Of a DNA stretch of 59,352 bases, positions 39,526 to 49,352 are shown one piece after another. Position 1 is the first letter of the stretch. Each line of letters opens with the position of its first letter. The position numbers and the translations under genes were made by a program. The DNA is taken from contig CAZPHE010000006.1 of assembly GCA_964586315.1 (NCBI GenBank), positions 1 through 59,352 on the forward strand, in the 5' to 3' direction. The DNA comes from an uncultured bacterium. GTDB lineage: Bacteria > Fidelibacterota > Marinisomatia > Marinisomatales > UBA1611. The notes under the pieces are model-generated. The model was not told the DNA's origin. It made no database searches and saw only the letters and a list, made by a program, of their open reading frames with translations.

Positions 39526-39543
39526 AGGTCTTTTGACCTTTTT
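39526..39543 (+). terminator. Weak intrinsic terminator after hup-bS22
   Basis: AGGTC-TTTT-GACCT followed by TTTT. Confidence 0.4.
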
Positions 39544-39572
39544 AATTGATTTTAAATCAAATAATTTGATTT

Positions 39573-40784
39573 ATGCCTGATTATCAAAATTGTTATTCTG
39601 TATCTAATTTAAATAATAAAATTAGATTTTTATTAGAAAGTGAGCTATCGGATATCTGGGTTCAAGGTGAGATTTCCAACTTCCATCATCATCCTAGTTC
39701 AAGCCATATGTATTTTATCTTAAAAGATAATAATAGTGAGTTACGTTGCGCTATGTTCAAAGCAAATAGCCAATCTTTGGATTTTAGACCAGCCGATGGT
39801 ATGGCTGTACGACTATTTGGAAGAGTAACAAATTATGAACAACGTGGTCAAGTGCAATTAATAGTATCTAAAATGGTCCCTGAAGGTGAAGGGGAATTTT
39901 TAAAGGCGTTTGAAGTACTAAAAAAAGCCCTGGCCCAAGAAGGGTTATTTGATATTGAGCATAAAATTTCTTTACCTTCTTATCCAAATACAGTCGGAAT
40001 TATCACTTCAAAATCAGGATCAGTTTTTCAGGATATTTTAAACGTTTTATCCAGAAGAGCTCCTAATGTTAAAGTCTTAATAAAATCTGTTAGAGTTCAG
40101 GGTGCTGATGCTGCGGAACAGATAGTTAGTGCAATTAAATTATTTAATGATCATGGGGATCCAGATGTTTTAATTATTGGGCGCGGTGGTGGATCTATTG
40201 AAGATCTTTGGGCATTCAATGAAGAAAATGTAGCCCGTGCTATTTTTAATTCTTCTATACCTATAATTTCAGCTGTTGGTCATGATACAGATTATACAAT
40301 AGCAGACTTTGTTTCTGATTTACGAGCACCTACGCCATCTGCAGCCGCAGAATTAGCAGTACCTTCAGTAGATAAAATTTTGGTTAGATTATCTGAAACT
40401 GAAAATCGATTAATTAATTTAATTAAGAATCAATTAGAGCAATATTGGATGATTAAAGATCAGTTGGATAAGCGTATTTTAAATCAACAACCTAAAATGA
40501 AAATTCAAAAACAATCAGAACAAGTATTTCAATTTGATCAACGGTTAAAGCATTCTATTAATAGAATAAAAATAAGAAATAAAGACCGAATAGCTTTTTT
40601 AAAAAAACAAATAATTAATTTGGGGCCAGAACAGGTTTTAGATCGAGGCTATGCCATTCCTTTTGATAAAATAGGACAAATTATACGTAGTGCAGATCAA
40701 ATTTCTGTTGGTGATACTTTTTCATTAAAAATATCAAAGGGTGTATTTAATGCAAAAAAAATATCAGATATATCTAATAAGTAA
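39573..40784 (+). CDS. xseA: Exodeoxyribonuclease VII large subunit
   Basis: VQGEISNF, RGGGSIEDLWAFNEE, SAVGHDTD, RAPTPSAAAE. Confidence 0.97.
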   Translation: MPDYQNCYSVSNLNNKIRFLLESELSDIWVQGEISNFHHHPSSSHMYFILKDNNSELRCAMFKANSQSLDFRPADGMAVRLFGRVTNYEQRGQVQLIVSKMVPEGEGEFLKAFEVLKKALAQEGLFDIEHKISLPSYPNTVGIITSKSGSVFQDILNVLSRRAPNVKVLIKSVRVQGADAAEQIVSAIKLFNDHGDPDVLIIGRGGGSIEDLWAFNEENVARAIFNSSIPIISAVGHDTDYTIADFVSDLRAPTPSAAAELAVPSVDKILVRLSETENRLINLIKNQLEQYWMIKDQLDKRILNQQPKMKIQKQSEQVFQFDQRLKHSINRIKIRNKDRIAFLKKQIINLGPEQVLDRGYAIPFDKIGQIIRSADQISVGDTFSLKISKGVFNAKKISDISNK

Positions 40785-40792
40785 ATTATATT

Positions 40793-41023
40793 ATGTCAAA
40801 AAATAATAAAGAAAATACATTTGAATTATCATTAGATCGACTAGAGAATATTGTAAATAAAATGGAATCTGGTGATGCATCATTAGAAAAAAGCCTAGAA
40901 TGGTTTGAAGAGGGAATGCAATTAATCAAGTCCTGTCAAAAACAATTAATTGAAGCCGAACAAAAAGTAGAAGAACTAATTGAAAAATCCAGTACTGAAT
41001 TGGATTCTATTGAAACCCAATGA
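40793..41023 (+). CDS. xseB: Exodeoxyribonuclease VII small subunit
   Basis: TFELSLDRLENIVNKMESGDASLEKSLEWFEEG. Confidence 0.95.
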   Translation: MSKNNKENTFELSLDRLENIVNKMESGDASLEKSLEWFEEGMQLIKSCQKQLIEAEQKVEELIEKSSTELDSIETQ

Positions 41024-41901
41024 TGCATCCAAAAACATTTGGTATATGGGGGAATACTGATAAAAAGTCCTTCTGGGACCTTATACCAAATGTTCTTTCT
41101 TGGGCTGAGGATAAGGGATTATCAGCTTATTTGACAAAGAGAATTCTATATCATGAAAATGGCCCTTTTCTAACAAAAAAAATAATTAAGTCTAAAAAGG
41201 ATTTTTCAAATTTAGACTTCATGCTGGCTCTTGGTGGGGATGGTACTTTTCTTTCATTAGCAAGAGCTATAGGTAAGGAAAACATACCAATATTAGGCAT
41301 TCATTTGGGTGACCTTGGTTTTCTTGCTAAGGTAACAATAAAAGATCTTTTTCCAAGATTAGACCAAGTTGCACAAGGTAATTATATAATTGAAAAAAGA
41401 ATTCTTATTGATTCAGAAATAAAAAAAAATGAATCTTTAATTAGTCATGTTGGTCTAAATGATTTTGTCTTTACTAATGGACAACCACACAGAATGTTGA
41501 GTGCATCAGTAAGTGTAGATGGACACTTTGTTGGGAATTACAAAGCTGACGGGTTAATAATAGCTACACCCACAGGATCTACGGCTTATTCATTATCAGC
41601 AGGTGGTCCAATCGTAACACCTAGAGTAGATTCATTTATTATTACACCTACAGCTGCTCACACACTGACATCACGACCCCTTGTTGTACCTTCAAACTCT
41701 GAAGTTATAATTAGTTTCTCAGATACAAATGATTCAATATTTTTTGTCGTAGATGGTCAAATAAATGAGTCTTTAAATCCATCTTGTAGTGTTAAAATAA
41801 CAAAAGCAGATTATGAAATCAGTTTAATAGACTTTAATGATAAGGATTATTTCGAAACACTTAGAACTAAAATGGGTTGGGGAAAAAGAGGGGATCAATA
41901 A
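41020..41901 (+). CDS. nadK: NAD kinase
   Basis: LGGDGTFL, GDLGFL, LND, ADGLIIATPTGSTAYSLSAGGP. Confidence 0.97.
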   Translation: MMHPKTFGIWGNTDKKSFWDLIPNVLSWAEDKGLSAYLTKRILYHENGPFLTKKIIKSKKDFSNLDFMLALGGDGTFLSLARAIGKENIPILGIHLGDLGFLAKVTIKDLFPRLDQVAQGNYIIEKRILIDSEIKKNESLISHVGLNDFVFTNGQPHRMLSASVSVDGHFVGNYKADGLIIATPTGSTAYSLSAGGPIVTPRVDSFIITPTAAHTLTSRPLVVPSNSEVIISFSDTNDSIFFVVDGQINESLNPSCSVKITKADYEISLIDFNDKDYFETLRTKMGWGKRGDQ

Positions 41902-41920
41902 TAAAGTAAATTACCGAGAT

Positions 41921-42703
41921 TTATAAAAAATTTTCAAAACCCAAAAAAGGCATATGTTTTCCTTTAATAAAAGTGGGCCTATAAATATAATTATTATTAA
42001 TCTGATTTCTTGCGTTACCTCGTAAAAGTACGCACTCCCATTTTTTTCTATTCACGAAAGTAGTCGTCGGTATATATCGAAGAGTTAAACCAATCCTCCA
42101 TAGATCAGATAAATTTGGATTAGAGCCATGTACAATAAATGGATTATGAATAGAAATATCACCGGGGTTAAGTTCTACATCAATAGCATCTTCCTCATTA
42201 ATATGATCAGGATGTATGGCTAGGTCGAGTACATATTTATTAGTATTTAATTCTATCATTTCTGTTGGTTTTAGTAGGCGTTTATTTTGAGTTCCAGGTA
42301 TAACTCTCATACAAGCATTTTCTTTTTTTGATACTGTTCCAGCTAACCAAACAGATACTACATCCATTGGTTTTAGAGGCCAATATGATCCATCTTGATG
42401 CCAACCCACTGGTTGTCCATTAAAAGGTTTTTTAGCTATATAATGTGCTCCAAAAAGAGCGATGTTAGATCCGATAATATTTTCAACAACATCTAGGATA
42501 CTTTTTTGTTCAAGAATATGGTGTATAAAAGGATCATGAATTAATAGATGATGATGGAAGGCTTCAGGTCGAATTTTTGGATATTTTTTTTTTAACCACT
42601 TTACATGATTTTCAACTTCTTTTGCAAGGCTAGGCTCAATAACGTTACGTACAATTGCAAAACCATTAGTAGCGTAATATTTTTTTATGTTTTGGGTATA
42701 CAT
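41921..42703 (-). CDS. Phytanoyl-CoA dioxygenase family Fe(II)/2OG oxygenase
   Basis: WHQDGSYW (H-x-D), VSVWLA, MRVIPGT, VHGS.PN...R.G.TLRY. Confidence 0.9.
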   Translation of the reverse strand: MYTQNIKKYYATNGFAIVRNVIEPSLAKEVENHVKWLKKKYPKIRPEAFHHHLLIHDPFIHHILEQKSILDVVENIIGSNIALFGAHYIAKKPFNGQPVGWHQDGSYWPLKPMDVVSVWLAGTVSKKENACMRVIPGTQNKRLLKPTEMIELNTNKYVLDLAIHPDHINEEDAIDVELNPGDISIHNPFIVHGSNPNLSDLWRIGLTLRYIPTTTFVNRKKWECVLLRGNARNQINNNYIYRPTFIKGKHMPFLGFENFL

Positions 42704-42715
42704 TAAACTAAAATT

Positions 42716-43114
42716 TCAGTTAATAAATTGATGTCGACGGAGCATACAATCATTCATAATAACCAATAGTCCAGCTTCTTTTGCAATTTTTTCAGCATTT
42801 TCATTAATTACATCATCTTGCATCCAAATAGCTTTAGCTTTGATTGAAATAGCAGATTCTACAATTTCAGGTACATACTCCGAACGCCTAAAAATATTAA
42901 CAATATCAATCGTTACTTTTATGGATTGAAGGTCAGGGTAACATTTCATGTCATCAATTATTTTATGGTTCGGATTTACAGGAATTATATTATAACCGTT
43001 TTGTTTCATGTATAAAGAGACAAAATAACTAGGGCGGTGCTTTTTGGAACTAAATCCAACAACCGCTATAGTTTTCATTCGAAAGATTTTAGTAATTATT
43101 TCAACATTTTTCAT
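42716..43114 (-). CDS. CoA-binding protein (YccU family)
   Basis: IAVVGFS.K.HRPSY.V..YM...GY.IIPVNP, DIVNIFRRSE, AIWMQ, MNDCM. Confidence 0.93.
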   Translation of the reverse strand: MKNVEIITKIFRMKTIAVVGFSSKKHRPSYFVSLYMKQNGYNIIPVNPNHKIIDDMKCYPDLQSIKVTIDIVNIFRRSEYVPEIVESAISIKAKAIWMQDDVINENAEKIAKEAGLLVIMNDCMLRRHQFIN

Positions 43115-44010
43115 TTTTTAAATATATTAGATAAAACATATCCTAGAATATCGGGATTTTCTTTTAGTCTCCTAACAGAATATTCAAACCAGTCTGGTCC
43201 AAATGGTACGTAAACTCTAACTTTATGACCATTTTCTAGTAGTTTGCCAAGTTTGTCTCCCATTGGCACACCATATAAAACTTGAAATTCAAAAAGATGA
43301 TTGGAAATATTTTCTGATTTAATCCAATCCAATAGTCTATCAATTAAATCTAGATCATGAGTGGCATATCCCGCAAAAGCACCTCTTTTTGCCATTGTTT
43401 TTGCCATAATTAAGAAGTTGTTTTTTATATCTTCTCTATTTTGGAATGCAATAGAATGATGTTCTTTGTAAATACCTTTACATAATCTTGAATTAAAATC
43501 AGGTTTTGCTAATTTTTCTATATCATTGAGACTTCTAAAAAGGTAAGATTGTATGGCAACTCCAACATTTTCTGTAATTACCTTACATTCTTTATATATT
43601 TCAAATGTTTGATCTGTATATTTTGAACTTTCCATATCAATGCGTAAAAAATTTTCAAACTTTTTTGCTGTATTTGCAATAGTGATCATATTTGAAACAG
43701 CTTCAGATTGGGAAATAGTCAAACCAACATGGGTTGGCTTAACTGATATAGTGCAATCTAGAACTTTATCATTAATATGATGATACAATTGGCAGTATTG
43801 ATTTGTGATATCGCGTGCCTTAGTTATTGATATAACATGCTCTCCAAGAATATCTAAAGTTGCAGAAAACCCATCTTGATTTAGTTTGTTTACATTAGAT
43901 AGAGCTTCATCCATAGTTTCGCCGGCAACATATGGCTTTGCGAATGGTTTTGAGAACCATTTTGGGATCAATGGTAGAATATTAGTAATGATTGAATTAA
44001 TAAATGACAT
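43111..44010 (-). CDS. Monofunctional proline dehydrogenase
   Basis: PYVAGET, SVKPTHVG, RIDMESS, SRLCKGIYKE, YATHD, FEFQVLYGV, RVYVPFG.W..YSVRRLKENP. Confidence 0.93.
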   Translation of the reverse strand: MSFINSIITNILPLIPKWFSKPFAKPYVAGETMDEALSNVNKLNQDGFSATLDILGEHVISITKARDITNQYCQLYHHINDKVLDCTISVKPTHVGLTISQSEAVSNMITIANTAKKFENFLRIDMESSKYTDQTFEIYKECKVITENVGVAIQSYLFRSLNDIEKLAKPDFNSRLCKGIYKEHHSIAFQNREDIKNNFLIMAKTMAKRGAFAGYATHDLDLIDRLLDWIKSENISNHLFEFQVLYGVPMGDKLGKLLENGHKVRVYVPFGPDWFEYSVRRLKENPDILGYVLSNIFKK

Positions 44011-44154
44011 CTAAAAAATTAGATGCAAGTAAGATTCACAACCAATTGGTTTATCAATAAAAAGAGATAACTTTTTTTGTGAAGTTTAATTTGGTCTCAA
44101 AAATATCACTAAGTAAATTTGTGGTCTATTTTACGCCTCGTTTAATAAAATATT

Positions 44155-44571
44155 ATGTATAGAGATTTTGGAACCGTTTTACTTGCAGCCATGTTGGCCA
44201 TAGTGTTTGTTTGTGTACCATTAATTCTCCAATGGTTAGTTGCTCCATCTAATAAGACTGCTGAAAAACTACAAACGTATGAGTGCGGGGAAGTAGTTGA
44301 TGGTTCTGCTTGGTTACAGTTTAATATAAGGTTTTATGTAATAGCTCTTATCTTTCTTATCTTTGATGTTGAAGTAGTTTTTCTTTTTCCTTGGGCTGTT
44401 GTTTTCAAGCAAATGGGTCTTGTTGCTCTAATAGAGATGGGTATCTTTTTGTCAATTCTAATAATTGGGTTAGCCTACGTGTGGGTCAAGTCTGATCTTG
44501 ATTGGGTTAAAAGAAAAGTTCGTTATGGAACGGGTAGGTATCAAAATATTGCATTAAAACAGGGGAAATAA
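44155..44571 (+). CDS. nuoA: NADH-quinone oxidoreductase subunit A
   Basis: [26 protein letters not shown]; about 15-aa C-terminal extension. Confidence 0.97.
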   Translation: MYRDFGTVLLAAMLAIVFVCVPLILQWLVAPSNKTAEKLQTYECGEVVDGSAWLQFNIRFYVIALIFLIFDVEVVFLFPWAVVFKQMGLVALIEMGIFLSILIIGLAYVWVKSDLDWVKRKVRYGTGRYQNIALKQGK

Positions 44572-45063
44572 ATGGGTTTATTGACAAATAAGTTCCAAGA
44601 TAATATAATAGTAGAAAAATTAGATAAGTTACTTAGCTGGAGCCGTTCAACAAGTCCTTGGTTTTTTCAATTTGGGACTGCTTGTTGCGCAATAGAAATG
44701 ATGGCTGCAGCTGCTAGTAGGCATGATTTAATGAGGATTGGAGCGATACCACGTTCCTCCCCAAGACAAGCGGATGTTATGATTGTTGCCGGAACAGTAA
44801 CAATGAAAATGGCGATCCGTGTAAAAAAACTATATGAACAAATGGCAGATCCTAAATATGTAATTTCTATGGGATCTTGTGCAAATAGTGGAGGACCATA
44901 TTGGCAACATGGTTATCATGTTTTAAAAGGCGTTGATCTTGTAATCCCCGTTGATGTGTATGTACCTGGATGTCCTCCGAGACCTGAATCGTTAATTGAA
45001 GGTCTACTAAAGTTGCAGGAACAAATATCCAATGAACGACCTCTTACAAGAAAAATGGTATGA
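44572..45063 (+). CDS. nuoB: NADH-quinone oxidoreductase subunit B
   Basis: [34 protein letters not shown]. Confidence 0.98.
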   Translation: MGLLTNKFQDNIIVEKLDKLLSWSRSTSPWFFQFGTACCAIEMMAAAASRHDLMRIGAIPRSSPRQADVMIVAGTVTMKMAIRVKKLYEQMADPKYVISMGSCANSGGPYWQHGYHVLKGVDLVIPVDVYVPGCPPRPESLIEGLLKLQEQISNERPLTRKMV

Positions 45064-45782
45064 TAGAAGACAGAGAAAAAATTATAGCTGAATTAGTTAA
45101 CAAAGGTCTTGATGGAGACATGGATGCAGTTAACTCTCATGAAGATAGGATGATTCGTGCTAAAGTCAAGGCGATGATTATGAAAGTTAAGAGAGGTAAT
45201 GTTGAGCGCCCTCCTATACCTATCCCATCTTCGCCAATATCTTCTAGTGAGCCGACTGTAGAGGAAAATATTGTTGTGGAAGAATTAGATGTTAAAGATG
45301 CTTATCAAAAAGTTATAAAATTATTACAAGAAAAATTTCCTAAAGCAATTGTTGAAAATAATAAAAATAAATTTATTCAGATTAATCCTGAAGAATGGTT
45401 TGATATAGCTGTTTATCTTAAATCAGAAGAATCTTTATTGTTTGACTCTTTGCAATGTCAAACGGGTATGGATTTGGGCGAAGATATTTTAGAATCACGG
45501 TATAATTTACATTCTATGGAACATGATCATTATATTGAGATAAGAATTTCTGTTTCAAGATCAAATCCACAAATTCCTTCTGTAGAACAGATTTGGAGAA
45601 TAGCCGATTGGTTTGAGAGAGAAACTTATGATATGTTTGGCATAGAGTATACTGGTCACAGAGATTTAAGACGGATTTTACTTCCAGATGATTGGGAGGG
45701 ATGGCCATTGAGAAAAGACTATCAAGAACAAGAGACTTATCATGGTATAATGGTTCCAAAAATGAAGGAAGGATGGGAGTAG
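45060..45782 (+). CDS. nuoC: NADH-quinone oxidoreductase subunit C with N-terminal extension
   Basis: [17 protein letters not shown]...[23 protein letters not shown]. Confidence 0.95.
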   Translation: MIEDREKIIAELVNKGLDGDMDAVNSHEDRMIRAKVKAMIMKVKRGNVERPPIPIPSSPISSSEPTVEENIVVEELDVKDAYQKVIKLLQEKFPKAIVENNKNKFIQINPEEWFDIAVYLKSEESLLFDSLQCQTGMDLGEDILESRYNLHSMEHDHYIEIRISVSRSNPQIPSVEQIWRIADWFERETYDMFGIEYTGHRDLRRILLPDDWEGWPLRKDYQEQETYHGIMVPKMKEGWE

Positions 45783-46894
45783 TCCACGGCGAAGAGATGG
45801 TCCTAAATATTGGACCGCAACATCCTGCTACGCATGGTGTGCTACGTTTGCAAGTGAGAACGGATGGTGAAGTTGTATCTCAAATCACACCGTATATGGG
45901 GTACTTACATCGATGCTTTGAGAAACATTGTGAGAATGTAACATATGAGCAGGTAATCCCATTCACAGATCGTTGTGATTATTTATCATCTATGTCTATG
46001 AATTTTGGATATGTAGTTGCAATGGAAAGACTAATGGATATCAAGGTCAATGATAGAGTTGAACATATCAGAGTGGTTATGGCGGAATTGCAGAGAATTG
46101 CTAGTCATCTACTTTGCACAGGAGTTTTTGGATTAGATTTAGGTGCTTTTACACCATTTCTATGGGCTCTAAGAGATAGGGAGAGAATCCTAGATTTATT
46201 TGAGTTAACATGCGGAGCTCGTTTGTTGTATAATTATATGTGGGTAGGGGGTCTTAGCCATGATATACCAGTGGGATTTGTGGAGTCAACTTTTGAATTC
46301 TTGGATTATTTTGAACCAAAAGTTGATGAATTAGAAAATATATTAGCACATAACAGTATATTGATAGAACGTTCTGCTGATATAGGTGTATTACCGAAAA
46401 ATGTTGCCATAAGTTATGGTGTAACAGGTCCAAACTTAAGAGCATCAGGAGTTCATTGGGATTTAAGAAAAAATGATCCATATTCTATTTATGATAAATT
46501 TGATTTTGATGTTCCCATTGGTCAAGGATTAAAAGGATCTATAGGAGATTGCTGGGATAGGTTTTATGTGCGAATAATAGAAATTAGAGAAAGTATTAAA
46601 ATTATAAGACAAGCGCTAGCGGCTATGCCAAAAGATGGAGATGTTCATCAATCTTTGCCTAAAAAGTTGCGTCCACCAAAGGGTTCTATCTATGCAAGGA
46701 CGGAGACACCTCGAGGTGATTTAGGTTATTATATTGAGAGCGATGGCTCTCCGATACCCTATCGTTTAAAAATGAGGTCACCAGCGTTTACTGCTTTGTC
46801 GGTAATAGATGAGATAGGCTCTGGATGGTTGCTTTCAGATGTCCTTGCTATTTTAGGGAGTCTAGATATTGTTTTAGGAGAGATTGATAGATGA
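45773..46894 (+). CDS. nuoD: NADH-quinone oxidoreductase subunit D
   Basis: LNIGPQHPATHGVLRL, GYLHRCFEK, RCDY, LGSLDIVLGEIDR. Start placed at ATG 45773 (10-nt overlap with nuoC) rather than 45692. Confidence 0.96.
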   Translation: MGVVHGEEMVLNIGPQHPATHGVLRLQVRTDGEVVSQITPYMGYLHRCFEKHCENVTYEQVIPFTDRCDYLSSMSMNFGYVVAMERLMDIKVNDRVEHIRVVMAELQRIASHLLCTGVFGLDLGAFTPFLWALRDRERILDLFELTCGARLLYNYMWVGGLSHDIPVGFVESTFEFLDYFEPKVDELENILAHNSILIERSADIGVLPKNVAISYGVTGPNLRASGVHWDLRKNDPYSIYDKFDFDVPIGQGLKGSIGDCWDRFYVRIIEIRESIKIIRQALAAMPKDGDVHQSLPKKLRPPKGSIYARTETPRGDLGYYIESDGSPIPYRLKMRSPAFTALSVIDEIGSGWLLSDVLAILGSLDIVLGEIDR

Positions 46895-47964
46895 CAGTCG
46901 ACTACATTTATGAAATGTTAAATGGATTGTTCCCTAATTTTTCTGGGAATGAAACTTTTCTTATTATTGCTATGTTGCTTCCTTTTTTTGCATTATTTGG
47001 CTTTATCACGATTTATGGTTTCGGTGTGATATATGCTGAATTAAAAGTATCATCATTCATTCAAGATAAAACTGGTCCTATGGGGCAGGGGTATGGTTTT
47101 CATGCTGGAAAGTGGGGGGTATTGCAGCCTGTTGCAGATGGATTACATCTTTTTTTTAAGGAAGATATCATACCTGCTACTGCAGATAAACCACTTTTTA
47201 TTTTAGCGCCTTTTTTAATATTTATAGGCATGTTTGTGGGCATTATTGCAATACCGTTTGGTGAGGAAATTATAATTGCGGATATGAATATTGGTATTTT
47301 TTATATTCTTGGTGTTGGTAGTGTAGCTGTGATCGCGCTGATATTGGCTGGCTGGTCTTCAAACAATAAGTGGGCTTTGTATGGAGGTATGAGATCAGCT
47401 GCTCAAATAATCAGTTATGAAATCCCTGCAGGTATTTCACTTATCACTATAATTATGCTAGCTAGCTCTCTGAGTATGCAAGAGATTATTGCATATCAAA
47501 ATGGAGGCCTTTTCAATTGGATTATTTTTGATAATCCATTTATGCCCATAGCTTTTATAATCTTTTTCATTAGTGCTCTTGCTGAGACAAACAGAACACC
47601 TTTTGATCTCCCAGAGTCAGAGTCAGAGCTAGTTGCCGGCTTTGTAACAGAGTATTCAGGAGCTCGTTATGCGTTTTTTTTCTTAAGTGAGTATGTAAAT
47701 ATGTTTGTTATAAGCTCTGTAGCTACAACAGCTTTTTTAGGAGGGTGGCAGAGTCCATTCCCAAATTTATTAAATACACCTGGTTGGAGTGTATTTTGGA
47801 TGATAAGTAAATCTTTTTTTTTAGTATTCCTAATGATTTGGGTACGTTGGACAGTGCCTAGGTTACGTGTAGATCAACTAATGCATTTGTGTTGGAAAGT
47901 ATTCATCCCAATCGGTCTATTGAATATTTTTGGTGTCGCAATTTGGACAGTTTTGAGAGGTTAA
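46891..47964 (+). CDS. nuoH: NADH-quinone oxidoreductase subunit H
   Basis: QPVADG, AETNRTPFDLPESESELVAGFVTEYSG, PRLRVDQLM. Confidence 0.98.
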   Translation: MTVDYIYEMLNGLFPNFSGNETFLIIAMLLPFFALFGFITIYGFGVIYAELKVSSFIQDKTGPMGQGYGFHAGKWGVLQPVADGLHLFFKEDIIPATADKPLFILAPFLIFIGMFVGIIAIPFGEEIIIADMNIGIFYILGVGSVAVIALILAGWSSNNKWALYGGMRSAAQIISYEIPAGISLITIIMLASSLSMQEIIAYQNGGLFNWIIFDNPFMPIAFIIFFISALAETNRTPFDLPESESELVAGFVTEYSGARYAFFFLSEYVNMFVISSVATTAFLGGWQSPFPNLLNTPGWSVFWMISKSFFLVFLMIWVRWTVPRLRVDQLMHLCWKVFIPIGLLNIFGVAIWTVLRG

Positions 47965-47968
47965 TTAA

Positions 47969-48550
47969 ATGGTCAAATATTTATCAGACATAATCAATTC
48001 GATATCCGCAATTCTTGGAGGAATGTTCTTAACTATCAATCATTTTTTTCGCGCTAGGACTGGTATTGCGACCTTGCAATATCCTGAAGAGAGATGGCCC
48101 CGTCCTGAAAGAAATATTGGTTTTGACCATGGAAACTATAATGTTATTAGATCTAGGCTACATGTAGATATTGATGATTGCATTGGTTGTTTGAAATGCG
48201 AGAGGGCATGTCCTGTTGATTGTATTAAAATTGAAACTGAAAAGTCACCAATTAGAGGAGAGGACATTAAAGATATCAAACATACTGGAATCACATCCAA
48301 AAGCACTAAAAAAGCATTAGTAGTTACAAGATTTGATATTGATATGTCAGAGTGCTGTTATTGTAATCTATGTACTTATCCATGTCCAGAGGAATGTATT
48401 TTTATGACAGGCGGACCTAATGAAAGTAAACATTCTATCGACTATGAATTTTCAGAGCCTGATCGCACTGATTTAATCTATCATTTTTCTAAACCTGGTA
48501 CAAAAGAGGGGTTAGAGGATATGTTAAAAAAACAGGAGGTTAAATCATAG
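47969..48550 (+). CDS. nuoI: NADH-quinone oxidoreductase subunit I
   Basis: TLQYPEE; two 4Fe-4S motifs CIGCLKCERACP and CCYCNLCTYPCP. Confidence 0.95.
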   Translation: MVKYLSDIINSISAILGGMFLTINHFFRARTGIATLQYPEERWPRPERNIGFDHGNYNVIRSRLHVDIDDCIGCLKCERACPVDCIKIETEKSPIRGEDIKDIKHTGITSKSTKKALVVTRFDIDMSECCYCNLCTYPCPEECIFMTGGPNESKHSIDYEFSEPDRTDLIYHFSKPGTKEGLEDMLKKQEVKS

Positions 48551-48552
48551 CT

Positions 48553-49047
48553 ATGCCTATTGCTGAAATAGTCTTTTGGTCTTTAGCCGGTTTTACTATT
48601 CTTTCTGCAGCATTGGTTGTCTTAAATAATCAATTACTTTATTCTGCTATAGCTTTACTTTTTTCTCTTTTTGGTGTAGCTGGTCTTTATATTTTTTTAT
48701 GGGCTGATTTTATTGCAGGTGTACAGCTTCTTGTATACATTGGTGGTATTAACGTATTGATTATCTTTGGTATAATGCTTACAAATAAAATTTCTTCTGT
48801 TCGTTTATCCCAAACAAATATGCAGCAGGGCGTTGGTGGTGTAGTTTCTATATGGCTTTTTATTTTTATATCTTTTGTAATTGCGAAAACAACATGGTAT
48901 AAAACATCTGCTATTGAGCCTACTGAAACTGTTAGCACAATAGGAACCCTTTTACTTACAAAATACCTGCTATCTTTTGAAGCTGTCTCTCTACTGTTAT
49001 TGGGTGCATTAATTGGTGCAGCATTACTATCTAGGGAGACAAATTAA
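48553..49047 (+). CDS. nuoJ: NADH-quinone oxidoreductase subunit J
   Basis: ADFIAGVQLLVYIGGINVLIIFGIML, FEAVSLLLLGALIGA. Confidence 0.96.
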   Translation: MPIAEIVFWSLAGFTILSAALVVLNNQLLYSAIALLFSLFGVAGLYIFLWADFIAGVQLLVYIGGINVLIIFGIMLTNKISSVRLSQTNMQQGVGGVVSIWLFIFISFVIAKTTWYKTSAIEPTETVSTIGTLLLTKYLLSFEAVSLLLLGALIGAALLSRETN

Positions 49048-49352
49048 TGGATCAACTAAATAACTACCTATTTATTTCAGCTGTTTTATTTTCTCTTGGT
49101 ATCTTTGGTGTAATGACTCGAAGAAATGGGATAGCTGTATTAATGGGTGTAGAATTGATTCTTAATGCTGCTAATTTAAATTTTGTGGCATTTTCCAGAT
49201 TTGGTGGAATGAATTTAGATGGTCATATTTTTGCACTATTTGTTATTGTTTTAGCAGCAGCTGAAGCTGCAGTTGCTTTAGCAATTGTTATAAATATTTA
49301 TAACAATCTGAATACTATAAGTGTTGATGATGCTTCATCTATGAAAGAATAA
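49047..49352 (+). CDS. nuoK: NADH-quinone oxidoreductase subunit K
   Basis: GVELILNAANLN, AAAEAAVALAI. Confidence 0.97.
   Translation: MDQLNNYLFISAVLFSLGIFGVMTRRNGIAVLMGVELILNAANLNFVAFSRFGGMNLDGHIFALFVIVLAAAEAAVALAIVINIYNNLNTISVDDASSMKE

Noticed and set aside
45692-45772. Longer NuoD start at 45692
   Set aside because: It would overlap nuoC by 91 nt with non-homologous sequence; ATG 45773 gives a normal short overlap.
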